Source: Isosphaeraceae bacterium (GTDB lineage: Bacteria > Planctomycetota > Planctomycetia > Isosphaerales > Isosphaeraceae). Taken from it: 64,000 bases of DNA. The notes under the pieces were generated by a model that did not search any database, was not told the DNA's origin, and saw only the letters and a list, made by a program, of their open reading frames with translations. The stretch lies in the NCBI GenBank assembly GCA_046350035.1, contig JAXMBD010000014.1, forward strand, positions 53,077 to 117,076, given 5' to 3'. Positions 46,053 to 57,345 of this stretch are shown here, piece after piece. The stretch's first letter is position 1, and every line of letters starts with the position of its first letter. Position numbers and translations under genes: made by a program.

Positions 46053-49000
46053 ATGCCGAATACATGCCATCAAGTCGTCCTCGACCCCGACCGCCTCGCC
46101 GCGCTGCGAGCGTCCGGCCTGCTCGATAGCCCGCCGGAGGCTAGCTTCGACCGATTAACCCGGCTGGCTACACGGTTCCTCCGGGTACCCGTAGCGATCA
46201 TCTCCCTGGTGGACGCCGGGCGTCAGTTCTTCAAGAGCAGTGTGGGCCTGCCAGAGCCATGGGCTAGCCGTCGCCAGACCCCGCTGACGCACTCGTTCTG
46301 TCAGCTTGTCGTCGCCTGCGGAGATCCCCTGATCGTACGCGATGCGCGTTCCGACCCTCGCGTGCGAGAGAATGATGCGATCCGCGACCTGGGGGTGGTG
46401 GCGTACCTCGGGATTCCGCTGCGGACGTCCGACGGCCATGTCCTGGGCGCGTTCGCCGTGATCGCGGGCGAGCCGCGCGATTGGACCGGGGACGACGTTC
46501 AGATCCTGGCCGACCTGACGGAGTCCGCGATATCCGAGATCACCCTCCGGGCCGAAGCCGTCAAGCTGAGGAGGGCCCAGGAGCAACACGCGGTTCAACA
46601 CGGGACCGTAACGGCCCTGGCCGAGAGCGAGACGCTGCCCGAGGCCATTGGACGCGTCCTGCGGGTCATCGGAGAGGGGCTGGACCTCGACGTTGGCGAG
46701 TTCTGGGCCGTTGACGACGAATCGGGCTGGCTCCGGCGCGACCCGGTCGACTGGCGCTCGGGGCGGGTCGGGCCCGACTTTTCGAGGGCCGTTGAGGGCC
46801 TGGCGCTGCCGAAGGGGCTGGGATTACCCGGTAGGATCTGGCAGACCGGGGGCCCGATCTGGGTCGAGGAAGATGATACGGGCCGCATGCCCGACCCCAC
46901 GAGCCCCCTGGCTCAGCACGGACTCCGAGCCGCTTTCGGCTTCCCCATCTGGGACGAACGGGGCGTATTAGGGGTCATGACTTTTCTTTCGAGGAGCCTT
47001 CAAAACCAGGACGACGCATGGTTCCAGTTCCTCAAGACTCTCGGCGGCCAGATCGGCCAGTTCGCGGAACGCCGCCATGCCGAGGAGGAAGTGGCCCGGC
47101 TGAATGCCCACCTGTCCGGGATCCTGGACGCCGCCACAGCGGTCTCGATCATCGCCACCGACATCCAGGGGGTGATCACGACCTTCAATTCGGGGGCCGA
47201 ACGCCTGGTGGGGTATCGGCGAGAGGAATTGATCGGTATCGCGACACCGGAGATTTTCCACGACGCCGCCGAGCTCCAGGCCCGGGCGAGAGACCTGGCC
47301 GCGACGCTGGGACGCCCCGTGTCCGGCTTCGAGGCGTTCGTCGCCGGCCTGGCGACAGGGGCGAGCCAAGAACGGGAGTGGACCTACGTCCGCAAGGACG
47401 GCGGACGCCGGCGTGTCCGCCTCAACGTCTCAGCCGTGGGCTCCCCGGATGGGACGATCCGCGGCTACCTCGGGGTAGCCCTGGACGTGACCGAGGAGCA
47501 CGAGGCAGCCCGCCGCCTGGAAAGGAGCGAGGCCACGCAGCGGGGCATCGTCGAATCCTCGTTCGACGCCCTGATCTCGATGGACGCCGAGGGCTACGTC
47601 GTCGAGTTCAACCCGGCGGCCGAATCGATCTTCGGGTACCCGCGCGAGGCGGCGATCGGCCGAAAGCTGTCCGACCTGATCGTCCCGCCCGAACATCGCG
47701 AGGCACACCTGAAGGGCCTGCGGCGCTACCTGGAGACGGGTAGCAAGCAGGTGCTGGGCCGCCGGATCGAAATCGAAGCATGCCGATCCGACGGCCGAAG
47801 GATCCCGATCGAGCTGGCGATCAGCGTGGTGCCGATGGACGGGCCGCCGCTGTTCACCGCCTCGTTGCGGGACATCACAGACCGCCGCCGTGGCGAGGCC
47901 GAGTTGAAGGACCGCGAGGCGAGGCTGCACTCGCTCATCGACTCCGCGGCCGACGGAATCCTCGTGATTGACGAGTGCGGGCGGATCGAGACGTTCAACC
48001 CCGCCGCCGAGAAGCTGTTCGGCTACGCGGCCGATGAAGTCCTGGGTCGAAACGTCTCGCTCCTGATGCCGGGAGCCGAAGCGGCTCGGCACGACGGATA
48101 CCTTGCGAGATACTTCGCCACGGGGCAGGCACGTGTCATTGGCCTGGGGCGTGAGGTCGTCGGGATGCGAAAGGATGGGTCGGAGTTCACGATGGAGCTG
48201 GCTGTCAGCGTGATGAGGCTCGACGGCGGCGTGCGGTTCACGGGGATCGTCCGCGACGTGACCGAGCGGCGCCGGGTGGAGTCCGACTTGCGATCCTCCA
48301 ACGCTTTGCTGCACGCCATCCAGAGAGCCCACCAGCGGTTCATCACCGACGAATCACCGGGCGGGCTCTTCAGCGACGTGCTCTCCGATCTCCTCGGGCT
48401 CACGGGCAGCGCCTACGGCTTCATCGGCGAGGTATTGCACGATGACTTCGGTCAACCCTACCTCAAGACCCACGCGGTGACGAACATCGCCTGGGACGAA
48501 GCCACACGGCGGCTCAACGATGTTCGCGCGCAAGAGGGCCTTGAGTTTCGCAACCTGCGTACACTCTTCGGGGCAGCGCTGACGACGGGCGAGGCCGTGC
48601 TCTCGAACGACCCGGCCCGAGATCCGCGCCGGGGCGGACTACCGCCGGGCCACCCACCGCTGGATTCCTTCCTGGGGCTGCCCGTACGCCGAGCCGGGAC
48701 GATGGTCGGGCTGATCGGGCTGGCAAATCGCCCAGGGGGCTATGACGAATCGGTGGCGGCCTACCTGGAGCCGTTGCTCAGCACCTGCGCCAGCATCATC
48801 GAAGGTTACCGCAATGAGCGACGCCGGCAGAAGGCCGAGTCGGACCTCCAGGCGAGCAAGGAAGCAGCCGAAGCCGCGAGCCGCTCCAAGAGCGAGTTCC
48901 TCGCCAACATGAGCCACGAGGTCCGCACCCCGATGGCGGCGATCCTCGGCTACGCCGACATGATGCTCGAACCGTCGCTGAGACCCCCCGACCGCGACAG

Positions 49001-50387
49001 CGCGTTGCAGGCGATCCGCCGCAACGGCTCGCATTTGCTCCAGATCATCAACGACATCCTCGACCTCTCCAAGGTTGAGGCCGGCAAGCTCGAAATCGAA
49101 CCCATCCCCTACTCCCCCTGGCGTGTGGTCCTCGAGGCGATCTCGGGTCTACGGGTCCGGGCCCAGGAGGGCGGGGTCGAGATCGAGGCCGACCCGACCG
49201 GCCCGCTGCCGGCCTCTTTGCGCATCGATCCCACGCGGGTGCGCCAGGTGCTCGTGAACCTCGTGAGCAACGCGATCAAGTTCTCGCCGCCCGGGGGGAT
49301 CGTCTCGATCCGCCTGGGGACCGCCGCCGACCGCACGGCGCTGCACTTGGAGGTAGAAGACCACGGCATCGGCATGACGCCCGAGCAGCTCGGCCAGCTA
49401 TTCGCCCCGTTCCAGCAGGCCGATAGTTCGACCACCCGTCACTTCGGCGGGACGGGCTTGGGCCTGTCGATCACTCGCCGATTGGTCGAGGCGATGGGCG
49501 GTCGGATCGCCGTGGAGAGTGCCGTCGGGCTGGGCAGCCGGTTCACGGTCTGGCTCCCCATGGTATTCGACCCGGACCGGACCGAATGGCTGGCGCCGGA
49601 GGAATTGGCCACGAGGGCGGCCCCGGATCCGCAACCCGACGATTCGCTGCCGGATCGGCGTCTGAAGGGCCGCGTGTTAGTCGCCGAGGACAGCGTCGAT
49701 ATCCGCCGTGTCCTGCTATACCACCTCCACCGGCTCGGCCTGGAAGTCGAAGTTGCCGAGAATGGTATACAGGCGGTCGACATGGCCCAGGCTCGCCCGT
49801 TCGACGTCATCCTCATGGACATGCAAATGCCCGAACTCGACGGCTACGGGGCCACGAGTTCGCTGCGGCGGCGTGGTTACAGGAAACCGATCGTGGCCCT
49901 GACGGCCCATGCGATGCGCGACGACCGGGAGAAGTGCATCCGGGCCGGCTGCACCGACTACCTGACCAAGCCCGTCCAGCCCGGCCACCTAGCCGACGTC
50001 CTGGCCGCCTACATCCCGCCCGGGCCAAGCGGGCCATTCGGGGACCATCCTCCCAGGGGGACACCGGCCGACCGCGGCGGCATCTCCTCGGAATTCCGGA
50101 GTGACCCCGAGATGATGGACCTCGTTCGGGCCTACGTCGAGAGTTTGCCGGTGACGGCGGCGGGGCTGCGGAGCGCCGCCAGGAAGGGCGACCTGAACGT
50201 TGTGGCCGAGCTCGCACACCGGACCAAGGGGGTCGGCGCCATGTACGGTTACCCCGCCCTAACCGAGCAGGCCGCGCTCATCGAGGCGGCGGCCCAAGAT
50301 GGAGGCGAGGCCGACCTGCTGAACGAACTGCTGGACGAGATGGACGACCTTGTCCACCGGGTAGCCCAGGGCCTTATCGTCCCCTGA
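46053..50387 (+). CDS. multi-sensor hybrid histidine kinase (GAF-GAF-PAS x3-GAF-HisKA-HATPase-REC-HPt)
   Basis: PAS cores '[18 protein letters not shown]', '[18 protein letters not shown]', '[18 protein letters not shown]'. H-box '[13 protein letters not shown]', '[19 protein letters not shown]', REC '[24 protein letters not shown]', HPt-like '[14 protein letters not shown]'. Confidence 0.9.
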   Translation: MPNTCHQVVLDPDRLAALRASGLLDSPPEASFDRLTRLATRFLRVPVAIISLVDAGRQFFKSSVGLPEPWASRRQTPLTHSFCQLVVACGDPLIVRDARSDPRVRENDAIRDLGVVAYLGIPLRTSDGHVLGAFAVIAGEPRDWTGDDVQILADLTESAISEITLRAEAVKLRRAQEQHAVQHGTVTALAESETLPEAIGRVLRVIGEGLDLDVGEFWAVDDESGWLRRDPVDWRSGRVGPDFSRAVEGLALPKGLGLPGRIWQTGGPIWVEEDDTGRMPDPTSPLAQHGLRAAFGFPIWDERGVLGVMTFLSRSLQNQDDAWFQFLKTLGGQIGQFAERRHAEEEVARLNAHLSGILDAATAVSIIATDIQGVITTFNSGAERLVGYRREELIGIATPEIFHDAAELQARARDLAATLGRPVSGFEAFVAGLATGASQEREWTYVRKDGGRRRVRLNVSAVGSPDGTIRGYLGVALDVTEEHEAARRLERSEATQRGIVESSFDALISMDAEGYVVEFNPAAESIFGYPREAAIGRKLSDLIVPPEHREAHLKGLRRYLETGSKQVLGRRIEIEACRSDGRRIPIELAISVVPMDGPPLFTASLRDITDRRRGEAELKDREARLHSLIDSAADGILVIDECGRIETFNPAAEKLFGYAADEVLGRNVSLLMPGAEAARHDGYLARYFATGQARVIGLGREVVGMRKDGSEFTMELAVSVMRLDGGVRFTGIVRDVTERRRVESDLRSSNALLHAIQRAHQRFITDESPGGLFSDVLSDLLGLTGSAYGFIGEVLHDDFGQPYLKTHAVTNIAWDEATRRLNDVRAQEGLEFRNLRTLFGAALTTGEAVLSNDPARDPRRGGLPPGHPPLDSFLGLPVRRAGTMVGLIGLANRPGGYDESVAAYLEPLLSTCASIIEGYRNERRRQKAESDLQASKEAAEAASRSKSEFLANMSHEVRTPMAAILGYADMMLEPSLRPPDRDSALQAIRRNGSHLLQIINDILDLSKVEAGKLEIEPIPYSPWRVVLEAISGLRVRAQEGGVEIEADPTGPLPASLRIDPTRVRQVLVNLVSNAIKFSPPGGIVSIRLGTAADRTALHLEVEDHGIGMTPEQLGQLFAPFQQADSSTTRHFGGTGLGLSITRRLVEAMGGRIAVESAVGLGSRFTVWLPMVFDPDRTEWLAPEELATRAAPDPQPDDSLPDRRLKGRVLVAEDSVDIRRVLLYHLHRLGLEVEVAENGIQAVDMAQARPFDVILMDMQMPELDGYGATSSLRRRGYRKPIVALTAHAMRDDREKCIRAGCTDYLTKPVQPGHLADVLAAYIPPGPSGPFGDHPPRGTPADRGGISSEFRSDPEMMDLVRAYVESLPVTAAGLRSAARKGDLNVVAELAHRTKGVGAMYGYPALTEQAALIEAAAQDGGEADLLNELLDEMDDLVHRVAQGLIVP

Positions 50388-50396
50388 ATGGCCGGC

Positions 50397-52534
50397 TCAA
50401 TGCTCGCGGAATGGAGCGTAGTGCCCCTCGGACTGATCCCAGAGGAATACGGTCCACATGTAGCTGCGGTAAGCAACCCGCATATTCTTGCGCAGGAAGA
50501 GTTCGATGCGGGCGCCGGGGTATTCCCACCGCAGGTTCTTGCCTCGGGTCCGGAACTTCTCCCGGTTGACAACCACCCAGAGTCGCTCGTGCCGCTTGCA
50601 AGCGTCGACGAGGTCGTCCAGCGAGGCGATGGTTTCGGCGCCGCCGTTGCGATCGATCAGCCGTCCCCCCTTGAGCATCACGAAGTCGTGGAGCAGGGGC
50701 ACGGTGAGGTCATAATCGACGCGCCCGGCTTCCAGGTAGGCCGCGTGCGGGTGCGGCTCGTTGGCCGCGATCGCGTCGCCGGGCCGGAGCTGACCCCGGA
50801 CGAACCGAAAGGCGCCCGTGGAGTCGTTGAGGATCTTGGAATCGTAGGAGTCCGCGATACGCCAGGGGGCCCAGTCGAGGAGGAATGCCAGCAGGAGCGG
50901 CAGCGTCAGCAGAGCGGCAACCCGGCGGTCGTCACGCGTGCCGCCCGAACCGGTCGCGGACGACACCCAGTGCACGAGCAGCCCGAGGCCGCGGAGCGTC
51001 AGCAGAAGCCAGAGCGGGATCAACCAGTACTGGTAGCGGAGGCTCACGTGGGAGACCATCAGGTTCGTGAGCGCGACCCCCGAGGCGAGGAAGAACAGCA
51101 GGGTCCATGCGATACGGCCTCCTCGCGCGACCAGCAGCGGGAGGGCCGCGAGCAGGATGAGGCTGGGGGCGACGTGCAGCCGCGAATAGCCCAGGAACAG
51201 CGAGGCGAAATTGTAAGGGTCCCAGAAGTGGGGCTTGATGCTCGCCTCCACGTTCGGCGAGACGCCCTCGGTCCGCGTCAGGCAGAGCGTCTGGAATACG
51301 ACGAGGTCGAGCACGATGAAGCCGAGCGCTACCGCCGTAACGATCGCCAGCCGGATGTTTGACGGCCACCCGGCGTCCCGCCCCAGCAGGAACAGGCCGA
51401 TCGCCAGCTGGAAGACCATGATGGCCGTGATCTCCTGGCTCAGCACGGCAACGAGGAACGCCAAGACCGTGAGATAGCGGTACTTCTGCGAAGGGGCACC
51501 GGCGAAGCCGAGGTGGAACCAGTAGACCGCCAGCAGCGCGAAGAACTGTTGCTGCTGGTAGAACCGCACGAGGTGTGACGAAAAGATCGCGAAAGGGTGG
51601 ATACTGAAGAAAAACGCCGTGCCCAGGCCAACCCAGGGGCTCCGCATCAGCCGCTCGGCCAGGCGATACGCCAGCAGGGCGGTCGCGACTCCGAAGGCGG
51701 CGCAGGGCAGGCGCATCGCCCAGAGGTTCTCGCCGAATGCCCAGACGATCGCCCCGATGAGGTAGTGGTAGGCGGGGCTCCTCGTGTAGTAGACCCCCTC
51801 GGGCACGAACGCCGGCGCGCCCGTCCGGGCGATCCCGACGACCGCCTGGCACGACGCGTATTCGTCGTCGTCCAGGGGCTGAAAGTCGAGCTTATAGATC
51901 CTCAGGACGCCGCAACCCACGAGCAGGACCACCAGCAAGGGCCACCAGGCGCGCGACCTCGGCAGCTGGATCAAGCCGTCGATCGCCCGACGCGGCAGCC
52001 GGGCCAGGGCGAGCGGCGAGCCCGCTGCCAGCACCAGGATGGCTGGCCATGTGTAAGGCAGCCGGAACAGCAACGCTTCGTGCCGTTCGTTCCAGGAATT
52101 CTCCACCAGGAGCGCGGCCAGCAACACGGCGGCCGGCAGCATCAGGAGCCTCCCGATCCGCCGGGCCGCCCGGTCCGTGGCATGGGCGGCGGCCTCGCCC
52201 CGACGACGCGCACTCTGGACCGAACCGACCACCCCGCCCGTCGCCAGCCCCACCGCGATCGCCCAGGATCCGGCGATCCAGCCGAGCTTGGCGCGTAGGA
52301 TGCCGAGGTTATCGACGGCGACCCCTCGATAGACGGTCGCGGGCCAGGGGCCGAAGGGCGTGCGTGCCGGTCCCAGGATCGTCGCCTCATTCGGCGGCCC
52401 CAGATCGCCGTGGGATGACTGGACGCGGCAGGTCCAGGCCGTGGCGGCATCGGTCGCGAACCGGATGCGTTCGCCGCCGGCGAGTCGTGCCTGGCCATCG
52501 ATCGCCACACGGGGTGCCCAGCTGAATCCTCGGG
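50397..52534 (-). CDS. GT39/ArnT/PMT-like GT-C membrane glycosyltransferase portion (third frame segment of a split 1,171-codon gene)
   Basis: 'LDDDEYASCQAVVGIARTGAPAFVPEGVYYTRSPAYHYLIGAIVWAFGENLWAMRLPCAAFGVATALLAY', followed by many TM helices and a soluble C-terminal domain. The ORF track gives 50397..52571. Confidence 0.75.
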
Positions 52535-53220
52535 GCTCAGCGCGCAGAGCCGCACCTCGACACGGTTCCAACCGGCCCGGATCAGCGGACGGACGTCGTA
52601 GGCCGAGTAGCCGCCGATGGCCCGGTCGCGCCCTAACGCCTTCGCATCGCGTTCCTCGGGCAGGATCGGTACCGGGTCGTGGGGCATCACACCCTCCCCT
52701 TCCTCCTTGACCGGGTCGTACGTTCCCGGCAAGTCACTCCGGGTCGTTGCCCTCGCCTTGTCGCGGGTCACGTTCATCGTGTTTTCTCGCGGCTTGAAGG
52801 CGAGCTGACTGGGGTCGCCGTGGCGTGGCGCCTCGAACCGGTCTCCGACGAACAGCGAGCCCACCTCGTCGGGGTCGAGCAGTTCGGGCGCGGCCGGCAG
52901 ATCGGCACCACGCGGCGCGCCGAGGATCCAGTCGCCCGAGTCGAGGTCGGGGTTGCCGATGAGGGCGGGGGTGACGCGGCGATCGTTGAGGAAGAGGTCG
53001 TAGTTGCGGTTCGCGGCGAGGCGGATCCAGGCGTCTTCGGGTATCTCGGGTAGGTCCCAGGTCGCCGAGAACCAGACCGGGTCGTCGGAGCGGGCCCGGT
53101 CGTCGCGCGCCCAATGGCCGGTGAAGGGTGTGGTCATCGCCTCGGGATCGAACGATTGGAAGTGGAGGTCGGGCGTGGTGTGGCCACCCCGCCCCGGTTC
53201 GACCGCCGAACGCCAGGCGA
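52535..53220 (-). pseudogene. middle frame segment of the split GT-C fusion gene (beta-sandwich module 2)
   Basis: Within ORF 52142..53296, only 'AWRSAVEPG...FTGHWARDD...WIRLAANRNYDLFLNDRRV...YDVRPLIRAGWNRVEVRLCALSP' looks protein-like. The flanks of the ORF are R/P/G junk. Confidence 0.6.
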
Positions 53221-53912
53221 GGGTCGTTGTAGCGGGGCTCGGTCCAGTCGTACCTCGGATCGAAAGGCGGCACCGGCTCGGCCAGCCATCCCGCATCCGA
53301 GTCGATGCGGATCCGATCGCCCGACCACAGCAGGATCTCCCCTTCGATCTTGACCATCGCGGGGGCCTGGCGCGACTCGATCTCCACCGCGATGACGTTA
53401 TCCCCGGGCTTCAGGTGCGGTGTGATATCGTGGACGCTGGGTAGCCAGTCGTTGCGGTGCGACGACCACTGGTACTCGCGGGGGAAGTTCAACGCCAGCG
53501 CCGCGGGCGAGGAATTGAGCAACTGTCCGGGCTCGTTTGAGCCGGTCTGGAAAGGCCGGGTTGGCCGCCAGAGATAGACCCGCCCGCATGGGTTCCGGTT
53601 GACGCAGATCTCGTAAGCCTGGAACGGGGCCACCACCATCCAGGCGTGCTTCACGGGCCCTGGCAGCACCACGTGGCGGCGGAAGTAGCCGGCGTAGGAG
53701 GGGTCGCCCGGCGCGGCGATCCAGTCGCCCCGCAGGCTCCGCCGCTTGATCGCGGGCCCGGGGCTCGCCAGCCAGTGGCCCATCGCGAGGCCCAGCTCGA
53801 TGGCCAGCACCGTCGCGATCGACGCGGCGACCGCGAGCGCCTTCGCGGCCCGACCACCCTCGGGGGATCGAAGGGCTGCCCGGAGCCGGCGGACGATCGA
53901 TGCGGCACTCAT
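53221..53912 (-). pseudogene. first frame segment of the split GT-C fusion gene (TM anchor plus beta-sandwich module 1)
   Basis: 'AKALAVAASIATVLAIELGLAMGHWL' (TM), 'AWMVVAPFQAYEICVNRNPCGRV', 'LKPGDNVIAVEIESRQAPAMVKIEGEILLWSGDRIRIDSDAGWLAEP'. ORF 52734..53912 then degenerates into R/P-rich sequence. Confidence 0.6.
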
Positions 53913-55234
53913 GGCTTCCGCGCCTTCCGCTCGAACTCGACGGCTGCTTCGGTGTCGCCCTCGCGGAACGCCGCGAGCATCGCGTTCTCGTAGCTGGAGG
54001 AGAGGACGATCGCCTTCGTCGGCATTTGGAAGACGTCGTACGTCGCCTTGATCTGCCGGATCAGACGCTCGAGTTCCTCGCGTCGCCAGGTCCGGAGATA
54101 GGCGAACTGGAGAGCGTAATTCGCCTTCAGGTTGCAGGGCTCGCGTCGGAGGACTTGCTCAAGCCACTCGCATGCGAGGTCGTTGCGCTGTCCGTTAAGG
54201 GCGTGGAGCCCGGCGCGGAGGATCGCACGGAGAGCTTCCCGGTGGACTGCGCCGCCGGGAGGGCTGGAATCGACCAGAGCCAGGTACTCGTCGACCGCCT
54301 GCGCGTAGCGACCCTGGCGCTCAAGCAAGGTGGCGCGGAAGAGGCGTCCCTCGGGCGTCCCGACCCGGTCACGCCGGAAGTCGATCAGGCCGAGCTGCGC
54401 CACGAAGAAGGTGTCCTCGCGGAGGGCGGGCAAATCGCGGGCGGCGAGGCGGAGCCGTCGCTCGGCCTCGTCATAGTGGCCTCGGGCAACAGCCTCGCGG
54501 CAGCGGTCGAGCTCGAGCGAGGCGAGCAAAATGGGCGTCATCGCGACGACTGCACCGATGGCGAAGGTCGTCGCCGCCGCGGCCGCGCCCCGGGTCGCCC
54601 TGCGACGGTTAAGCCGACCGCCGGGGAGGCATTCGGCGATCACCAGCAGCCCCGTCCCGAAGATCGCTGCCCCCCAGCCGAGCTTGGCGAACTGGCAGAA
54701 CCGATTCGAGTAGCCGAGCGCCTCGAACCAGGTCATCAAGCGGCCCCACTGGAAGGCCGCCAGGCCGGAACTGGGCATACGGACGACGTTGATCTGGCGG
54801 GGCGTATCGACCATGTAGATGTAGTCGTTCCAGCCGGTCCGGCTGAACTCGAGGTTCGTTGGCAGGTCGCCCCCGAGCCACGTCAGGTTCTCGTGCTGGA
54901 TGTGCAGCCAGTTGGCTCGCGCCGACAGGGAAGGTTCCAACGCCATTACCACATACGGGAAGAAGAGCTGCGATGCGAGGAAGGCCCCGGCGAGCATCGC
55001 CTTGCGGTCACTTGTCCGGCGATGCCACGCATGACCGACTCCCATGACAACCGCGAAACCACCGCAGGTGAGCCGGAACGGGATCGCCGAGCGCGGTTTC
55101 GCCGTGAGGCAGCGATACGATCCATCCGCCTGCTCGCGGAGGCCGATCGGGACTTCCATCCATGGGCGGACCAACGAAAGGCCCAGCAGCGCCGCCGACG
55201 CCAATGCCAGCCCGATCGAGGCAAGTCGATGCAT
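53909..55234 (-). CDS. polytopic membrane protein with C-terminal TPR-like helical repeats
   Basis: Hydrophobic segments ('IGLALASAALLGLSL', 'AMLAGAFLASQLFFPYVVMAL', 'LGWGAAIFGTGLLVIA', 'TFAIGAVVAMTPILLASL'), then 'GHYDEAERRLRLAA...QGRYAQAVDEYLALV'. ATGA overlap with the downstream gene. Confidence 0.6.
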   Translation of the reverse strand: MHRLASIGLALASAALLGLSLVRPWMEVPIGLREQADGSYRCLTAKPRSAIPFRLTCGGFAVVMGVGHAWHRRTSDRKAMLAGAFLASQLFFPYVVMALEPSLSARANWLHIQHENLTWLGGDLPTNLEFSRTGWNDYIYMVDTPRQINVVRMPSSGLAAFQWGRLMTWFEALGYSNRFCQFAKLGWGAAIFGTGLLVIAECLPGGRLNRRRATRGAAAAATTFAIGAVVAMTPILLASLELDRCREAVARGHYDEAERRLRLAARDLPALREDTFFVAQLGLIDFRRDRVGTPEGRLFRATLLERQGRYAQAVDEYLALVDSSPPGGAVHREALRAILRAGLHALNGQRNDLACEWLEQVLRREPCNLKANYALQFAYLRTWRREELERLIRQIKATYDVFQMPTKAIVLSSSYENAMLAAFREGDTEAAVEFERKARKP

Positions 55235-56718
55235 TAGCGGGCCTCCCCATCACCCGGGGTCGGCCGGATTCGGTCTCTCGGTTCGAGGATTTGGTAGCCA
55301 TCGAGGATGACCCGCTCTGCGGTCGAAAGGCCGTTTCGGACTTCGATCCAATCGCCGTCCACGACACCAAGAGCCACCTCTTGCGGGCGGAAGCCGTCCC
55401 CCTCGACGATATAAACCAGGCCGCGCCCGGCCGTGATGGCGGAAACGGCCGAACGCGGCAGGCAGTCGACCTCGTCCTTGGCTTCCACGGTGCTGAATCC
55501 TGTCATGCCCGGCACGACGCGTACCTCCGCATCTACCAGGGTCATCCGCACGGCGAAAGTCGCGGGCCACTCGGGCGCACCGGTGCCCATCGGCCGGATA
55601 GGACGCGTCGATTCGGGGCCCCCGAGTTCGTAGGTCACGAACGGGTTGACCCATGCCACTTCCCCCCGGAAGTATCGGTCGGGGTAAGCCTCCAGGCGAA
55701 CCTTGGCCGGATCGCCGACTTTCATGCGACCGTACGAACCCTGGTCGAAGTTCGCCTCGAACCACCAGGAGGAGGCGATCAAGAATCCGGGCTTGCCCGG
55801 ATCCTGGTTGTATTCCCCTTCATGGACGAGGCACCGTTCGATGAGCCCGTCGGCGTTGGCGTACACCCGGTGGTCGGCCAATTCGGCCTGGCGGTGTTTG
55901 AGGGCCAGCTCGGCTTCGCGGACCGCGGACTCGGCGATCACCAGGCTTTGGGTGACGCCCTGCGACGACATGCCCAGGTTGAAACGCGCCTCACGGATCG
56001 TCGCCTCGAGGGCGGTCAAGGCGATCTGCTGGTCGATCACCATCGCGCGGGAGCCGAATCCTTTCTTAATCAGGTCCAGGTCCATCTGGATGCGCTGGCG
56101 ACGCAATTCGGACTCCTTCTCGGCGGCTTCCAGGCGGATGCGATCGCGTTCGGGCCGCTCTTTCTCCAGCACGTAGGCCGATCCGATCTTCACCCGCTCG
56201 AGCTCCGCCCTGGCCGTCTCGAGCGCGGCCTCGGCGGCTTCGGCCTTGAAGCGGGCCTTGGTCGAATCGACCTCGGCCACCAGTTGGCCCTTGGTAACCC
56301 GCTGGCCCTCGGCTACGAGCACGCGGGAGATCTTGCCCATGGGAATGATCGGTACGACATAGGGCTCGGTGCGGACCAGCCCCTCGCCAAGCGCGCGGTA
56401 TCGAAGTGCCCGCCGGGTCAGTTGCGTCGTCGAGACCGGGAATGGCTTGCCCAGCTTCCGATACAGCGAGGGATAGCCGAACTTGGAGGTGGTGATCCGG
56501 CTCGACGGCGACCAGTAGCCAGGCAAGATGATCGCGATCAGCGTGGCCGCCCCCGTCGCGGCGGACACGACCAGTAGGAAGCTGAGGGCGGTGTTCCGGC
56601 GAACCAATTCCGGAACCCGCACAAACATGGACTTGGCGGCGTCCCACAACCAAGACCAGGGATTTGCAACAACGAAAATCAGGCCGGCTTCGTTTCGTTT
56701 GCCCTGGATATCTCTCAT
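55234..56718 (-). CDS. HlyD-family membrane-fusion (periplasmic adaptor) protein
   Basis: N-terminal TM 'ALSFLLVVSAATGAATLIAIIL', lipoyl-like 'GKISRVLVAEGQRVTKGQLVAEVD', long coiled coil, 'RVYANADGLIERCLVHEGE', 'PGMTGFSTVEA'. Confidence 0.85.
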   Translation of the reverse strand: MRDIQGKRNEAGLIFVVANPWSWLWDAAKSMFVRVPELVRRNTALSFLLVVSAATGAATLIAIILPGYWSPSSRITTSKFGYPSLYRKLGKPFPVSTTQLTRRALRYRALGEGLVRTEPYVVPIIPMGKISRVLVAEGQRVTKGQLVAEVDSTKARFKAEAAEAALETARAELERVKIGSAYVLEKERPERDRIRLEAAEKESELRRQRIQMDLDLIKKGFGSRAMVIDQQIALTALEATIREARFNLGMSSQGVTQSLVIAESAVREAELALKHRQAELADHRVYANADGLIERCLVHEGEYNQDPGKPGFLIASSWWFEANFDQGSYGRMKVGDPAKVRLEAYPDRYFRGEVAWVNPFVTYELGGPESTRPIRPMGTGAPEWPATFAVRMTLVDAEVRVVPGMTGFSTVEAKDEVDCLPRSAVSAITAGRGLVYIVEGDGFRPQEVALGVVDGDWIEVRNGLSTAERVILDGYQILEPRDRIRPTPGDGEAR

Positions 56719-57345
56719 CGGATGTCTTCAGTCCCCGCGACGGGGTCATCGATCAACACCTTCCCGCCACGAACTTGGGCCTAACGGTCAACGGGGCCGG
56801 CCCGTGCCCATGACCCTGTTACGATTCGGATTGTCCCTACCAGGCGTCGCGCGACCTGGTTCGGTCATGCTTGCTCCTCCAGGGCATTTTCGGGGCCCAA
56901 CTCGCGCCCACTCGCGTGTACGGACCTCAAGAGACCCCGAAACACGGCTTCCGCCTGCGATTTTCGAATCCCCACCCGCCAGGATTCTAGGACGGCGAGC
57001 GCCCGTGAGACGGATCACCGACCGGATCGTCTCGTTTTGAGACGTCTGGTCGCAAGCTGACACGCGGCGACGATTCCGGAGGGCCTAATTCTGCCCCGAG
57101 ATCGACGCCTTGCGACGAAGCAACGTGCGTTGCAAATGGGCCAAACTCTTATCAGAACGGCTGATGCGATGGCACCTCGGCCTTTTCCTGCACCAAAATC
57201 CCTCGACGGAACGACCAAATTGCCCCCCCGGGCGGTTCGGCATCGCCTTCGTGATGGTGTCTCCTCGTCGGTGGCGGCACGACGAATCCGAGCCGCCTCC
57301 AAGTTCACGGGGAACTGGCCCATGCAGGCCAAAGGGAGACTACCG

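Noticed and set aside
56857-56874. 'TGGTTCGGTCATGCTTGCT', a sigma-54 promoter-like sequence in the divergent intergenic region
   Set aside because: GG-to-GC spacing is 11 or 15 instead of the required 12 (TGGCAC-N5-TTGC), so neither register fits.
57170-57192. 'TGGCACCTCGGCCTTTTCCTGCA', a perfect -24 element upstream of ugd
   Set aside because: The position where the -12 GC should fall reads 'TT'. The nearest TGC is 7 nt too far away.
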